Shown here: piece by piece, positions 40,478 through 51,609 of the stretch | Position numbering within the stretch: position 1 is the stretch's first letter | Layout of the letters: each line of letters begins with the position of its first letter | Source of the DNA: Bdellovibrionota bacterium FG-1 | GTDB lineage: Bacteria; Bdellovibrionota; UBA1018 | Reading direction: 5' to 3' | DNA: 64,000 nucleotides | Assembly: GCA_051382295.1 (NCBI GenBank) | Contig: JBBCAW010000005.1 | Span: 62,367-126,366 of the forward strand | Translations under genes and position numbers: made by a program | The notes under the pieces: model-generated | Database searches by the model: none | Seen by the model: the letters and a program-made list of their open reading frames with translations, nothing else | What the model was told of the DNA's origin: nothing

Positions 40478-41415
40478 GCTGAGAGTCCTAGGGTTTTTAG
40501 TGCGGATTGTCGAAAGGCTTGGCGCAAATTGAGGGTAAGGGGGCCTGGTTTCCCAAGACCGACTTTTCGCTGATCAATTTTTGTTACGGGAAATACTTCT
40601 TTCGTGGTGCTGGTTAAAAAAATCTCATCCGCTTCGTAGAGTCGTTCGCGAGGGAAACGAACTTCGCGGGATTCAATGCCTAGGGCTGTGGCCACTTCAA
40701 TGAGCGTGCGTCGGGTGATGCCGTCCAAAATACCGATGTCTAAAGGTGGAGTCGCGAGTATGCCGCGGCGAATATAGCCAATATTGAACGTAGTGCCCTC
40801 CGTTAAATGGCCATCCGCATTGCAAAGGAGCGCATCGTCATAGCCGGCGGTCGATGCGTCGAGGTAGGCGAGGAGATTGTTGAGGTAATTTCCTGATTTC
40901 ATTGCCGGATCGAGGGCACGTCGGTCGTTTCGCAGTCGCTCTGAAATTTGAAGATGGGCCCCCTTCATGACCTGGATCTCGGAGGGTTCATCCAGGGGTT
41001 GAACGATAATGGTGTATTGAGTGGGCGATTCCACGCAAGAAAGGCCAAACCCGATTCGGCCCACGCCACGGGTCACGATGAGTCGAATATAGGCCTCGAC
41101 CAGAGGGGTTGGGGATGGCGTTTTTGCGGTGCTTTGATAAAAAGCATCGAGCGAGCGCTGCATTTCGGAGGCGTAATGGGAGACGGATTGCGACAGGACC
41201 ATGTGGCAAAGAGCGGCAGATTTTCCGAGTCTTTCCAAATGCTCTTGAGCGCCATACATCCGGCCCTGGTAGGTGCGGCAGACCTCGTAGAGGCTGTCGC
41301 CATAGAGATAACCGCGGTCAAAAGCAGAGATTTTTCCCGCCGCGATTGAATCTGCTTCTTTACGTTGAAAGAGCTGCCCATTGACGTTAATCAGCATGAA
41401 GGTAGGATAATTCAA
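40474..41415 (-). CDS. Class IV PLP aminotransferase (IlvE/Dat/PabC family)
   Basis: DRGYLYGD..YE, KSGNYL, EGTTFN, ILDGITR. Confidence 0.92.
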   Translation of the reverse strand: MNYPTFMLINVNGQLFQRKEADSIAAGKISAFDRGYLYGDSLYEVCRTYQGRMYGAQEHLERLGKSAALCHMVLSQSVSHYASEMQRSLDAFYQSTAKTPSPTPLVEAYIRLIVTRGVGRIGFGLSCVESPTQYTIIVQPLDEPSEIQVMKGAHLQISERLRNDRRALDPAMKSGNYLNNLLAYLDASTAGYDDALLCNADGHLTEGTTFNIGYIRRGILATPPLDIGILDGITRRTLIEVATALGIESREVRFPRERLYEADEIFLTSTTKEVFPVTKIDQRKVGLGKPGPLTLNLRQAFRQSALKTLGLSA

Positions 41416-41475
41416 TCCTTGTGAAAAGCCAGTGCCAAGACAAGCTGGGGTATGTTAGCCTGCATTGCATAACAC

Positions 41476-42762
41476 ATGCTAGAAACTGACCATTCCCTTC
41501 TTCCTCATTCGACCTCTTCGCGTCCCAATCAAAAGCTCCGAGTGATTTCTGTGGGGTTTGACGACATTTCCTTAGATGAACTGGAACGGTTATTAACAAC
41601 CTTAGGGGTCGAGCCGGTCGGTCGGGTCATCGCGACTTCACGCAAAATTAATCCCGCGACTTATATTGGCGCGGGTAAAATTGATGAAGTCAAAAACGCG
41701 ATGGCGACCCTGAATGCCGAGGGCGCTATCATGGATGTTGAGCTTTCGCCCAATCAGCTTCGCAATCTTGAGGCTGCCCTGGGGTTTCCCACTTTGGATC
41801 GTCCAGGCGTGATTATTGAAATTTTTACGCGACATGCGCGAACCAAAGAATCCAAAACCCAGGTGGCTTTAGCGAGGTTGCAGTATTTGCTTCCCCGATT
41901 AGCGCATTTTTGGAGTCACTTTGAGCGACAACGCGGCAGTGGCGGCGGTGGCGGGGCTAATCGCGGGATGGGTGAAAAGCAGGTTGAGGTGGATCGCAGG
42001 CTCGTTAAAAAAAGGATGGCTCTTTTGCAGGACCGTCTTCAGGGGATTGAGCGGGAACGCCAAGTCCAGCGTTCGGGGCGAAAGAATGTTTTGAAGGTCG
42101 CACTGGTGGGATACACCAATGCTGGAAAATCGACGCTGCTCAATGGCATGACTCAGAGTAATGTTTTGGCGGAAAATAAACTGTTTGCCACGCTGGATGC
42201 CTCTGTTCGTTCGTTGGATCCTCATTCACACCCCCCTGTGGTGGCGATTGATACGGTCGGATTTATCAGTCGATTGCCTCCTTCGCTCGTGGCTTCATTT
42301 CGGTCGACCTTGGAAGAACTTGAAGAAGCTGATTTGCTCGTGCATGTCGTGGACGTGAGTTCGCCGCAAGCGCGCGAAGAACTCGATGTGACCGAAAAGA
42401 TCTTGATCGAGCTTAAAGTCGGCGATAAGCCTCGGATCACCGTACTGAATAAGGCGGATCGGTTAGGCGATACTGTGGCTGCTCGTAATTCTGCCAAGGT
42501 GATTTGTCCGGGGGCCTTGGTGGTTTCCGCACTCAATGGCGACGATGTAGCGCGTCTCAGAGACATGATTTTAGAGCACTTTCGGAAGCATATGGAAGTC
42601 TGGGAAGTATTGATCCCCTATGCGCTCAGTAAGCTCGAAGCGCAAATTTACGCGTATGGCAGCGTAGAGATTCATCGACATATGGAAAAGGGCACGTTTT
42701 TCAAACTTCGAATCGAAGATAGCTGGGCCCAGAAGCTCGAGTTGGAGAAGTATAGACTATGA
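41476..42762 (+). CDS. hflX: GTPase HflX
   Basis: GYTNAGKST, LFATLD, DTVGF, NKAD. Confidence 0.95.
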   Translation: MLETDHSLLPHSTSSRPNQKLRVISVGFDDISLDELERLLTTLGVEPVGRVIATSRKINPATYIGAGKIDEVKNAMATLNAEGAIMDVELSPNQLRNLEAALGFPTLDRPGVIIEIFTRHARTKESKTQVALARLQYLLPRLAHFWSHFERQRGSGGGGGANRGMGEKQVEVDRRLVKKRMALLQDRLQGIERERQVQRSGRKNVLKVALVGYTNAGKSTLLNGMTQSNVLAENKLFATLDASVRSLDPHSHPPVVAIDTVGFISRLPPSLVASFRSTLEELEEADLLVHVVDVSSPQAREELDVTEKILIELKVGDKPRITVLNKADRLGDTVAARNSAKVICPGALVVSALNGDDVARLRDMILEHFRKHMEVWEVLIPYALSKLEAQIYAYGSVEIHRHMEKGTFFKLRIEDSWAQKLELEKYRL

Positions 42763-44666
42763 TCAAAGCAGCGTCACTTTTCGTGTTGGCGGGTGTGGCG
42801 CTCGGCGTTTTGACAGAGGTACGGGCGGCCCCTCCGACTCGGCATTTGCCGGATATTTCGCTCAAGTCCGTTTACCAGGAGGCTTCGGAGCCGCTCACGA
42901 CTGAAAAAGCGTGGGCTCTTGATTTTGATGAACTCAATCCTCACCGGAGTCGTTGGATTTTGAATCGCAAGGTCGAGTTGGGGGGGCTTCAGGCGCGTGA
43001 AATCGAGGGGGCCCCCGAGGGGGCGCGTTTCGGTGTGAGCGCTGAGGCGATTGTTTCAACGGTCACCGCGTTTTTTCGGCCGGCGGGGGCTTGGTACCGG
43101 CCTTTGGCCGAGTTTCCGTGTCACGAGGAGCCTGCGTCTTGGTTTGGGACTTTGGAGGGTTCCCGAAAGGCCGCCGAAGTCGCGGCCAAAGAATGGGAGC
43201 GGACGCTGGGTGAGCGCAAGCTCAAGCTTGCGGCGATGTTTCAGCAACTGAACGCGGTGTCCGCCGAAGTCGCCGTCAAAAACGCACAAATTTTGTTTCA
43301 AAATTGGCTTCATGAGGTTTCCGCAATTTGGCGGTCCTCCGGCCGTCATCAAGCGAAACTTGCAGAATGGCAGCTTTATCGTCTTGAGGCCGCGAAAACA
43401 AAAGCCTGCGCAAAAGACGGTGTCATTCCTTGGGAAAAAATGATGGAGCCGCTCGCGGAAGGCGAACTGGGGCGTGCGGGATCGCCCGGCGACGAGGTGA
43501 GACTGCTGGCACGGGCGCCCTCCAAACGTTGGGATGGCTTGTTCTCGATACGGGGCAATGTTACGATTGCGGGCCGTAAATTGAATGGGCGATTCTTGGT
43601 GGACTCTGGCGTGGGTACGAGTGTGCTCTCTCCTGAATGGCTTGAGAATCAGGGGATTTTGCCTGCGTGGATTGAGGTTCCGGGAGCTCCTCCTCGCCGC
43701 ATTCCGTGGGGCGGGAGTCTGGATGCTCCGCAGGGAGGTCTGGGTCCGGTGGGCAAGGTGGACCAAGTGGAGATTGGCAACTTTGCATTGAGCTTAAGAG
43801 AGTTTGCGCTTTTTGATACCGATTTTTTTGCGCCGCCCGATACCGCAAGCTCGTGTTGTGATGGAGTCTTAGGAACTGATTTTTTGCGCCGCTACGTGGT
43901 GGAACTCAATCCAGGGCCTCCGGCGGAGGTCAGGCTTTGGCCATCGGAGCACTTTCATTTGGCGGATTCGACGGATTCGCAGTGGCTCGAGGAGGGCATG
44001 ACTCCTGCGGGCGCGCCAGTCAGCGCTTGTTGGGCGCAGAGCGGGGATCTTCGCCTAGGCGGAGTTTATTGGGATACGGGGCGGGAGGCCGCGCTGGATG
44101 TTCATGTGCCTTGGCAAAAATCCGCACGTGCGGCCAATGCGGCCCATTCGAGTGGACTCTCCAATCAGTGGGATGTTCGTTGTGGCGTGAATCCGAATTC
44201 TCCGATTGCCCAAGGCGTGCCGGCGTCCTTTCCGGTGATGGATCCTTATGAAAATAAAGCAATTCTGGACAAGGTTCCTGCGGTGTCAATTGGCATGGCC
44301 TTGCTAGGGCGCGGTCGGGTTTTTTTGGACTTCCCTCATGGGCGAATCTGGTTTCCAGCCAAGACTTCGTCTGAGGTCATTCGTGAAAATAAGACGGGAC
44401 TCAAGCTGAAGTTCGAGATGGTGAAGGGCAAGTTTGATAAACGCGAGCTCTTGGTTCGTGGTCTAGGTCACAATCCCATCGTCAAAAGTTTGGTGAGCCG
44501 CGGTCTGAAAAAGGGCATGCGGATTATCCGAATAGATGAAATCGACGCTGACGAACTCGATACTTGGGAGGTCGAGCAGCGGCTGGCGGGAGTTTACGGT
44601 GAGCAAGTGATGCTGCAGTGGAAAACCCCCAAGGGGCTACGGCTGGGTGCGCTTAAAGTCCGGTAA
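42759..44666 (+). CDS. Exported retropepsin-like aspartyl protease (two lobes) with C-terminal PDZ-like domain
   Basis: FLVDSG...GVLGTDFL, second YWDTG...IGMALL, then GLKKGMRIIRID. Confidence 0.7.
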   Translation: MIKAASLFVLAGVALGVLTEVRAAPPTRHLPDISLKSVYQEASEPLTTEKAWALDFDELNPHRSRWILNRKVELGGLQAREIEGAPEGARFGVSAEAIVSTVTAFFRPAGAWYRPLAEFPCHEEPASWFGTLEGSRKAAEVAAKEWERTLGERKLKLAAMFQQLNAVSAEVAVKNAQILFQNWLHEVSAIWRSSGRHQAKLAEWQLYRLEAAKTKACAKDGVIPWEKMMEPLAEGELGRAGSPGDEVRLLARAPSKRWDGLFSIRGNVTIAGRKLNGRFLVDSGVGTSVLSPEWLENQGILPAWIEVPGAPPRRIPWGGSLDAPQGGLGPVGKVDQVEIGNFALSLREFALFDTDFFAPPDTASSCCDGVLGTDFLRRYVVELNPGPPAEVRLWPSEHFHLADSTDSQWLEEGMTPAGAPVSACWAQSGDLRLGGVYWDTGREAALDVHVPWQKSARAANAAHSSGLSNQWDVRCGVNPNSPIAQGVPASFPVMDPYENKAILDKVPAVSIGMALLGRGRVFLDFPHGRIWFPAKTSSEVIRENKTGLKLKFEMVKGKFDKRELLVRGLGHNPIVKSLVSRGLKKGMRIIRIDEIDADELDTWEVEQRLAGVYGEQVMLQWKTPKGLRLGALKVR

Positions 44667-45624
44667 ACACCCGCTCCAGCCCCCAGGTGTCTTGCTCCCG
44701 GCGCGCGACGGCCACGAGTTTAGGTCCTTCATAAATCGTTGCAATAGCAGAATTTATCGGACCCGTCCCCGCTGCCGGAAGGCGCGCTAAAATCTGCGGT
44801 AACACCGCTTGCTTGCCTTGAATTAACGCCAAGGCTTCGGCACTTGAAGCCTCCGCTCGTGGATAACCATCTAGCAATCGATCAAAAGGCACCCAAGCGG
44901 AGAGCTGGTCCCAAGAGGTTCCCCTTGCGCTGGCTTCAGCGATTTGATCGACCGTGAGGGCTTTTCCGACCGTAAACGCGCCCGAGGCGGTGCGATGAAG
45001 CGAATCCAGCATGGCGACCGTTCCGAGTGATTGGGCTAAATCTTGGGCCAAGGTGCGCACATAGGTGCCGGAGCTGCACTCCACACGAAAAGTCGCATGA
45101 GGAGCCGTATATGAAAGAATATCGAATTTAAAGATTTTGAGTTCCTTAGCCTCGCGTTCAATGGTGATTCCTTGACGAGCGAGTTCATACAGGGGTTTGC
45201 CATCCACTTTTTTGGCGGAATGCATCGGAGGAGTTTGCAGGTACGGCGTTTGAGTAAATAAATGCGCTTTTTGTTGAATCCACTCAAGCGAGGCGGGAAT
45301 GTTTTCACTGCGCTCCGAAATCGGGGCTGTAGGGTCACCCGGAATCGTCGTTTCGCCAAAGCGGATCACTCCTTCGTAGGGTTTTCCAGAGCCTAGAAAG
45401 TAGCGTGAGAGTTTAACCCCACGGCCCACGCAAACCGCTAGAAGCCCTGTCGCAAACGGGTCTAGCGTGCCCCCATGCCCCATTTTGGGGAGGTCTCGGC
45501 GGCGCGCAAAAGGAGCGTCGCGCCCCACGGCTTGGGGATGCGAGAGGAGTATTTTTTGGAGAAGTTCGATCACTCCAAAGGAACTCGAACCCGAGTGTTT
45601 ACAGACTAAAAGGGCACCATCCAC
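44653..45624 (-). CDS. truB: tRNA pseudouridine-55 synthase
   Basis: GHGGTLDPFATG, PPMHSAKK, CSSGTYVRTL. Confidence 0.95.
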   Translation of the reverse strand: MDGALLVCKHSGSSSFGVIELLQKILLSHPQAVGRDAPFARRRDLPKMGHGGTLDPFATGLLAVCVGRGVKLSRYFLGSGKPYEGVIRFGETTIPGDPTAPISERSENIPASLEWIQQKAHLFTQTPYLQTPPMHSAKKVDGKPLYELARQGITIEREAKELKIFKFDILSYTAPHATFRVECSSGTYVRTLAQDLAQSLGTVAMLDSLHRTASGAFTVGKALTVDQIAEASARGTSWDQLSAWVPFDRLLDGYPRAEASSAEALALIQGKQAVLPQILARLPAAGTGPINSAIATIYEGPKLVAVARREQDTWGLERVFTGL

Positions 45625-45633
45625 TTAAAACTT

Positions 45634-46044
45634 TCAGGTCTCGGAAGAAGGTTTGTCTGAAACCAGTTTGTGCAAAAGCTCATGAACCCGGTTGGAGTTT
45701 TCAAAACCCCGGTCTTCGCGAAAAACCAGGGTGGGAGTGTGGCGGACATTGAGCACTCGCGCGAGATGGCGTCGAATAAAGCCCGATGCCGCGATCAGGC
45801 CGTCCAGGCATTCTTTGACTTGCCTTTGCGCGACCTTGGGGTCTTCGTCGATAGAACCATCCGGCCGTCGTCCTGCTCCACCGAGGATTGAAACAAAAAC
45901 GACCGCATGGCTGCCATCCTGAGTGACCTGAATTTCGGTAAAGGTAACCGGAGGGATACGAGGATCCTTCACTTCTCGCGATACAAACTGCGAGATCTCT
46001 TGTTGGATCACGGATTGAAGTCGCTGCCTCCGGTTTTCCTGCAT
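45634..46044 (-). CDS. rbfA: Ribosome-binding factor A
   Basis: KDPRI, RHTPTLVF; position after infB. Confidence 0.93.
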   Translation of the reverse strand: MQENRRQRLQSVIQQEISQFVSREVKDPRIPPVTFTEIQVTQDGSHAVVFVSILGGAGRRPDGSIDEDPKVAQRQVKECLDGLIAASGFIRRHLARVLNVRHTPTLVFREDRGFENSNRVHELLHKLVSDKPSSET

Positions 46045-46046
46045 GA

Positions 46047-48938
46047 TTACACTCCAAGCTCTGGGGTAATCAAATCGATCTGATAGGCTTCGATGATATC
46101 GCCAGGCTTGAGGTCATTATAATTTTCGAGTCCGATACCGCACTCAAAACCCGTGGCCACTTCCTTGGCGTCGTCTTTAAAGCGACGCAACGAAGCCATT
46201 TTACCGTCAAAGATCACGCGGGAGTCGCGCAACAACCGGACGTTGGCGCCACGCAAAATCTTGCCGTCAATCACCGAGGTTCCTGCCACGGTGCCAATCT
46301 TAGGGACGGAGAAGATTTGGCGTACTTCGGCCCGACCTAAGAACTTCTCGACTTTCTTTTTGTCCAGAAGGCCCGTCATTGCCAACTTGATGTCATCCAA
46401 GAGTTGGTAAATGATCGTATAGGTTTTGATATCCACGTGCTCCGCTTCAGCGAGCAGGCGAGCTTTGGTTTCAGGCCGCACGTTAAAGCCAATGATGACG
46501 GCGTTTGAGGCGCTGGCCAGAAGGATATCACTCTCAGTGATCCCGCCCGGAGCAGAATAGATCACTTTGACTTTGACTTTTTGAGTCGAAGCCTTGATGA
46601 GGCTTTCTTTGATGGCTTCACACGAGCCAAACACGTCCGCCTTAAGAATCACATTGAGCTCTTTGACATCTCCGGATTGCACTTTAGAGAAGAGGTCTTC
46701 GAGGCTCAATTTAGCGCCAGATCCTGAAATCTTGGCCCTATTGGCGTCGATTCGCGTTTCGGCAATTTTGCGCGCATCCGCTTCAGTGGTGGTGGCGTTG
46801 AATTTTTCGCCCGCATTGGGAACGCCTTCGAAGCCGAGGATTTCAACGGCCATGCCGGGCGATACGGATTCAACCGTACGTCCCAGATGGTCGCTGAGCG
46901 CTCGAACTTTACCGGAAAAAGAACCCGATACGATCGCATCGCCGACTTTCAGTGTACCGCGGCTCACCAGCACGCTGACCATGGGCCCACGGCCCTTTTC
47001 AAGGCGTGCTTCCAGTACCGTGCCGCTCGCGCGTGCATCTGGGTTGGCTTTGAGATCCAACACTTCAGCTTGAAGCAGAATCGAATCGAGCAGTTTGTCG
47101 AGGTTGGTTTTCTTGAGGGCCGAGACGGGAACAAACATCGTCTGACCGCCCCAGTCTTCGGCTAACAAATTGAGTTCCGAAAGGCCTTGCTTGATTTTTT
47201 CAGGATTGGCCCCAGGTTTATCAATCTTATTGACGGCCACAATGATCGGTACCTTGGCGGCCTGCGCATGACTGACGGCTTCGCGCGTTTGCGGCATCAC
47301 ACCATCATCGGCTGAAACCACCAAAACGACCAAATCCGTGACGTTAGCGCCACGGGCGCGCATCACTGAAAAGGCTTCGTGGCCAGGAGTGTCGATAAAG
47401 GTGATGAGCTTGCCGTTTTTGTCCACGGTATAGGCACCAATATGTTGGGTGATCCCGCCGGCTTCGCCACCGGCCACATTGGCTTCACGAATCGCATCCA
47501 AAAGCGTGGTTTTGCCGTGGTCGACGTGACCCATAATGGTCACAACCGGTGGTCGCGGCACGAGCTTTTCGACTGCATCGTCCGTGGTGGATTCGATCAG
47601 AGTCGCTTCTTTGAAAGCTACATTTTTGACTTCGTATTGGTATTCCGCAGCAACCAGAGTGGCGGTATCAAAATCGACCGTCTGATTGAGCGATGCCATC
47701 ACGCCCATTGTCATGAGTTTCCGGATGACATCGGCTGATTTTGTAGCCAGCTGGTTAGCGAGATCTTGAACAGAAATGGAGTCACCCATTTCAACCACTC
47801 GTTTGTGCGCAGCTGCCTGCGTAACCTCTGTTCGCTTGATGGTTTTTCCTACGGGCAGTCTTTTCCTCTTAGGAAGGAAAACCATTTCCTTTTTACGGTA
47901 ATCTGCAAAGCGGACGTCTTCAGGGCGAATCTCAGGTACGCGCCCTCCACCGCCTCGTTTTTTTGCCGCTTCTTCCTCAACCATCTGGTCGAGGTTTTCC
48001 TTGGTCATTTTAAAGACGCGGAAATCCTTGTCGTTCCCCGTGATCACGGTGCCGGGCTTGACAGCTGTCTTCGGTTGGATGGCCAGCGTCGGCGGCTTAA
48101 TCATAGGCCTCTGCGGAGGAGGCGTCAGGTCGACAACCTTAAGAATACTGCGACGAGGTGCCACGGGGCGTGGGGGCAACACAATCGGAGGTCTTTGTGG
48201 TTTTGGAGGAGCTGGGGTGGGACTTGGTGCTGAAGTCATCGCTGTCATAGTGCCAGTGTTTTCTGATTGAGCAGAAAGAGGGGTAAAAGGAGAGGGAGTG
48301 GGAGATTCCACTTGTTCATCTTGGGTCGAGATTTCAGTGGTCTGAGGCTCGGAAGTCAAATGCTCGGTGGCTTCGTACTCAGAGCCCATCGGAGCTTCGG
48401 GCTCCATTTCAAAGTGCTGCGAAGGTTCAGCCGAACCATCGGCGTGCACCATAAACTCGTGGGTGTCCGCATCAGCCAATTCCTGCTCCTCGGAAGGAGA
48501 TCGGGTATAACCTGGGATTGGGGCACTCACCGTTTCGGTCACGCCGTCTGCTTTGACCCGTCGGCGAATCACCGGCGAGACCGTTTTTGCCGCAGCGGCG
48601 GGCTCAGGAGTGGCGGGTGTGGCTTCGGTAATGGATCTTTTTCGCGTCTTAATGGCGGAAGCGGCAACTTTGGGCACCGTGGTCTTGGCCGCGGTGGCTT
48701 TGGTTGCAGTGGTTTTAGCTGCGGTGGTTTTAGCTCCTGTTTTTTTGGTTGAAGCTTTGGCGAGTTCTCCCCCTTTTTTAAAGGAGGCCCGTGCCACTTG
48801 AACGTCACCGGCTCCGAGTTCGCTCATGTGGTTCTTGACGTTTAAATGAAGAGCTTTCAGCTTATCCAACAAAGAGAGCGAGTCGATTCCGAGCTCTTTG
48901 GCTAATTCGTAGACTTTTACGGTTTCTTGTTCAGACAT
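46047..48938 (-). CDS. infB: Translation initiation factor IF-2
   Basis: [21 protein letters not shown]. Confidence 0.98.
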   Translation of the reverse strand: MSEQETVKVYELAKELGIDSLSLLDKLKALHLNVKNHMSELGAGDVQVARASFKKGGELAKASTKKTGAKTTAAKTTATKATAAKTTVPKVAASAIKTRKRSITEATPATPEPAAAAKTVSPVIRRRVKADGVTETVSAPIPGYTRSPSEEQELADADTHEFMVHADGSAEPSQHFEMEPEAPMGSEYEATEHLTSEPQTTEISTQDEQVESPTPSPFTPLSAQSENTGTMTAMTSAPSPTPAPPKPQRPPIVLPPRPVAPRRSILKVVDLTPPPQRPMIKPPTLAIQPKTAVKPGTVITGNDKDFRVFKMTKENLDQMVEEEAAKKRGGGGRVPEIRPEDVRFADYRKKEMVFLPKRKRLPVGKTIKRTEVTQAAAHKRVVEMGDSISVQDLANQLATKSADVIRKLMTMGVMASLNQTVDFDTATLVAAEYQYEVKNVAFKEATLIESTTDDAVEKLVPRPPVVTIMGHVDHGKTTLLDAIREANVAGGEAGGITQHIGAYTVDKNGKLITFIDTPGHEAFSVMRARGANVTDLVVLVVSADDGVMPQTREAVSHAQAAKVPIIVAVNKIDKPGANPEKIKQGLSELNLLAEDWGGQTMFVPVSALKKTNLDKLLDSILLQAEVLDLKANPDARASGTVLEARLEKGRGPMVSVLVSRGTLKVGDAIVSGSFSGKVRALSDHLGRTVESVSPGMAVEILGFEGVPNAGEKFNATTTEADARKIAETRIDANRAKISGSGAKLSLEDLFSKVQSGDVKELNVILKADVFGSCEAIKESLIKASTQKVKVKVIYSAPGGITESDILLASASNAVIIGFNVRPETKARLLAEAEHVDIKTYTIIYQLLDDIKLAMTGLLDKKKVEKFLGRAEVRQIFSVPKIGTVAGTSVIDGKILRGANVRLLRDSRVIFDGKMASLRRFKDDAKEVATGFECGIGLENYNDLKPGDIIEAYQIDLITPELGV

Positions 48939-48978
48939 TCAGTCTTTGTCCTCTTAATCTCGCGTTACTCTTAATCTC

Positions 48979-50406
48979 TTAATCTTGAGCGTTTCCGGAA
49001 TGGCTTGTGGAGTCACCGTTACCGGCTTGTTTCATCATTTCACGAAGACGCTCTTCGGCGAGGGTCTTGGCATCCTTGGGAGCGGTCGGGGTCGCACTGA
49101 AGCTCCCTTTGTTTTCATCCACGCTGGATTGAGTCGAGCCAGCCAGCATATCGCCTGCTTTTTCGACCACCGCAGCCGCACTGAGTTTAAGTTTTTCAGC
49201 ATCAGCCAACTCTTCATAACCCGGAATCTTTTGAACCTGCTCGATCGGAGCGTCCGCCACTTGTCTGACATTCAAGAAGCCTGCCTGATAGATCGAATGA
49301 GCCATCGTTTCATTCACGCCTTCCATGTTTTGGAGATTAAACACGGCCTCTTGGGTGCGTTTTTGGAGTTTGGTTTTGGAAATGATATCCAAACGCCAGC
49401 CGGTCAGTTGAGCGGCCAGCCGAACATTTTGTCCCTTACGGCCAATGGCCAGGGAGAGCTGGTCGTCTTCGACCATGATTTCCATCGTTCTATTTCGCTC
49501 GTCGACGCGAATCGAGCTAATTTCAGCAGGGGCTAAAGCCGACCGCACAAAAATCACGGGATTGTCCGACCACGGAATAATGTCGATTTTCTCGCCCTTG
49601 AGCTCTTGAATCACATTTTGAACGCGAATCCCCTTCATGCCGACGCATGCGCCGACCGGATCCACGTCGCGATCCTTGGAAACAACGGCGATTTTGGAGC
49701 GAGCGCCAGGCTCTCTGGAGCAGAGTTTAATTTCCACAATGGCTTCGCGGATTTCAGGAACTTCGACTTCAAAAAGTTTCATGAGATATTTGGGCGAAGT
49801 CCGGGTGAGATAAAGCTGGGGTCCACGAGGCGTGAGTGCCACATCCGAGAGGAAGGCTTGGACGCGATCGCCTGGCTTGAACTGCTCGCCAGGGATAATT
49901 TCGCTGCGAGGAAGAAGGGCGTCCGTTTTGCCTAAGTCAATGACGAGGTTGCCCCGCTCAATGCGGCGGGCGATGCCGGTGATGATTTCCCCTTTGCGGT
50001 GGACATATTCGTTGAAAATAATTTCGCGCTCAGCGTCGCGTACTTTTTGAAAAATGACTTGTTTTGCCGTCTGCGCATCGATTCGGCCAAAGTCGGCCCC
50101 TTCGGCCTTAACGCCGATTTCGTCCCCAATTTGAGCTTCCGGGTCAAGTTTACGGGCTTCTTTGATTTCCACTTCTTCGGCTTCGTCGAGCATTTCGGGC
50201 TCAGATTCAACTACTTTTTTGAATTGAAAAAGATCGATTTCGCCAGTGTCGTTATTGTAATGAGCCTCAAGAACCGCATGGGCGCCATACTTCTTTTGGG
50301 CAGCCATCAAAACTGCTTGTTCGAGCGCGCTGATGATAATTTCTTTTTTAATTCCGCGATCTTTGCCTACGGCTTCGATCACACGGCTAAGTTCTGAAGC
50401 ATTCAT
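48979..50406 (-). CDS. nusA: Transcription factor NusA
   Basis: DPVGACVG, AIGRKGQNVRLA. Confidence 0.97.
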   Translation of the reverse strand: MNASELSRVIEAVGKDRGIKKEIIISALEQAVLMAAQKKYGAHAVLEAHYNNDTGEIDLFQFKKVVESEPEMLDEAEEVEIKEARKLDPEAQIGDEIGVKAEGADFGRIDAQTAKQVIFQKVRDAEREIIFNEYVHRKGEIITGIARRIERGNLVIDLGKTDALLPRSEIIPGEQFKPGDRVQAFLSDVALTPRGPQLYLTRTSPKYLMKLFEVEVPEIREAIVEIKLCSREPGARSKIAVVSKDRDVDPVGACVGMKGIRVQNVIQELKGEKIDIIPWSDNPVIFVRSALAPAEISSIRVDERNRTMEIMVEDDQLSLAIGRKGQNVRLAAQLTGWRLDIISKTKLQKRTQEAVFNLQNMEGVNETMAHSIYQAGFLNVRQVADAPIEQVQKIPGYEELADAEKLKLSAAAVVEKAGDMLAGSTQSSVDENKGSFSATPTAPKDAKTLAEERLREMMKQAGNGDSTSHSGNAQD

Positions 50407-50475
50407 TTTATCACTCTCTTTCTATAATCATCCATCAGTCGGCCATCGGCTTTCTGGATGATTGGGGCAAATTCC

Positions 50476-51093
50476 CTAAGGGTTTTGATCAAAAACCGGT
50501 TCAAGGTTTGCCTTGGATATGAGGGGAAGGGGGATTCCGACCACCGCTTCCGCGCTATTTGTGGGATTTTTTCCGGATTTTTTGGAGCCCTTATCTGGGG
50601 AGACGTTGTCATGGCCTCCCGTTAAGTTAACCGCAAGAATAACCTTGCCGTTTTGGACTCCTCGAAGTGTGCCCAGAAAGTTCTTTTGTTTGGGGTTTTT
50701 AGTCCCATACTCCGGATTATCGAGTTCTTCGCCCGTCAATGGTCGAAAAACATGAATACGGACTTCTCGGCCGGCGAATTTTTCATACTCTCGTTGGGTC
50801 CGGAGAGGACGATCAATTCCGGGTGACGAAACTTCAAGATCGTAGGGGCCATCCCTAAATACATTAATAATTTCAGGTATTTGATCGAGAGGTTCGTCGA
50901 GGAACCGAGTGACTTTTACGCAATCTTCAATTCCTACCCCGTCCGCTCGGTCCCGGTGATCAATAAAGATTCGGAGGACCTTTTGGCGAGGAATAACTTC
51001 AAGATGAACGACCTCATATCCCATTGGTAGTACCAACGGGTTTATTTTTTCGATCAACTTTTCAGTCAAGTTTAGGTTCAAAGACTCGGTCAT
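50476..51093 (-). CDS. rimP: Ribosome maturation factor RimP
   Basis: LRIFID, IEDC, LEVSSPGIDRPL. Confidence 0.95.
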   Translation of the reverse strand: MTESLNLNLTEKLIEKINPLVLPMGYEVVHLEVIPRQKVLRIFIDHRDRADGVGIEDCVKVTRFLDEPLDQIPEIINVFRDGPYDLEVSSPGIDRPLRTQREYEKFAGREVRIHVFRPLTGEELDNPEYGTKNPKQKNFLGTLRGVQNGKVILAVNLTGGHDNVSPDKGSKKSGKNPTNSAEAVVGIPLPLISKANLEPVFDQNP

Positions 51094-51126
51094 TTTTTCC
51101 TATCCAGTGATCTCATCAAGCAGGCC

Positions 51127-51153
51127 AAAAAAAAGGCGGGCTTTCGACCCACC
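51127..51153 (-). promoter_or_regulatory. rimP-leader-type premature terminator/attenuator
   Basis: Minus strand GGTGGGT-CGAAA-GCCCGCC followed by T8, ~35 nt upstream of rimP ATG. Confidence 0.75.
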
Positions 51154-51205
51154 GTCGTCGTGACCTGGAAATCCTCATTCGAATTAGCATAGCTGAGTTA
51201 TAAAT

Positions 51206-51318
51206 CCAACCATCATTCTCGATGAGGGTGCCGGGGTCGGCCCTCCCTGTCCTCCGCGCCAAAACGCGCATCCTGCGCGCGCGGATCCCCTTCACCCGCA
51301 CCGAGAATGATGGCGTGG
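51206..51318 (-). repeat. Branched palindromic element with GGA-loop hairpins (copy A)
   Basis: CCATCATTCTCG/CGAGAATGATGG closing stem; minus-strand CGCGCAGGATGCGCG and GACAGGGAGG. Confidence 0.7.
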
Positions 51319-51453
51319 GCTGGAAACCGTGGCAGCAGTTCCTGCTTGCAGCTTGTCTCGCAATCCTGCCCCGGCCCTAAAAAACGCCCGAAGCGGCCCA
51401 CCCCTTTAAATCGAAGGTGAGGCATTTATGCCGCGCGGGCTCCTTCGCCGCAG

Positions 51454-51572
51454 GCGGGCACAAGGAATTTTGAGGCGAGGAGAGGGGCGTCCGCGTCGCA
51501 TGGATGCGACAAGAGTGGCCGAGGCCTGGATGGCCGTCCCCGACAGCCTCGCTGAGAATTCCTGTTTCCCGC
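51454..51572 (+). repeat. Branched palindromic element with GGA-loop hairpins (copy B)
   Basis: AGGAATTTT..GCGAGG/CCTCGC..AGAATTCCT closing stem; GTCGCATGGATGCGAC and GGCCTGGATGGCC hairpins. Confidence 0.7.
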
Positions 51573-51609
51573 TCTCGACATTCCTGAAGACGTCAGTCAA
51601 AGTGATCCT

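Noticed and set aside
41425..41440. TGGCACTGGCTTTTC as a sigma54 site before the aminotransferase
   Set aside because: Lacks the -12 GC and is too close to the start codon.
48951..48986. CTCTTAATCT repeated three times at the nusA-infB junction
   Set aside because: Short duplication around a stop codon and SD; no evidence of function.
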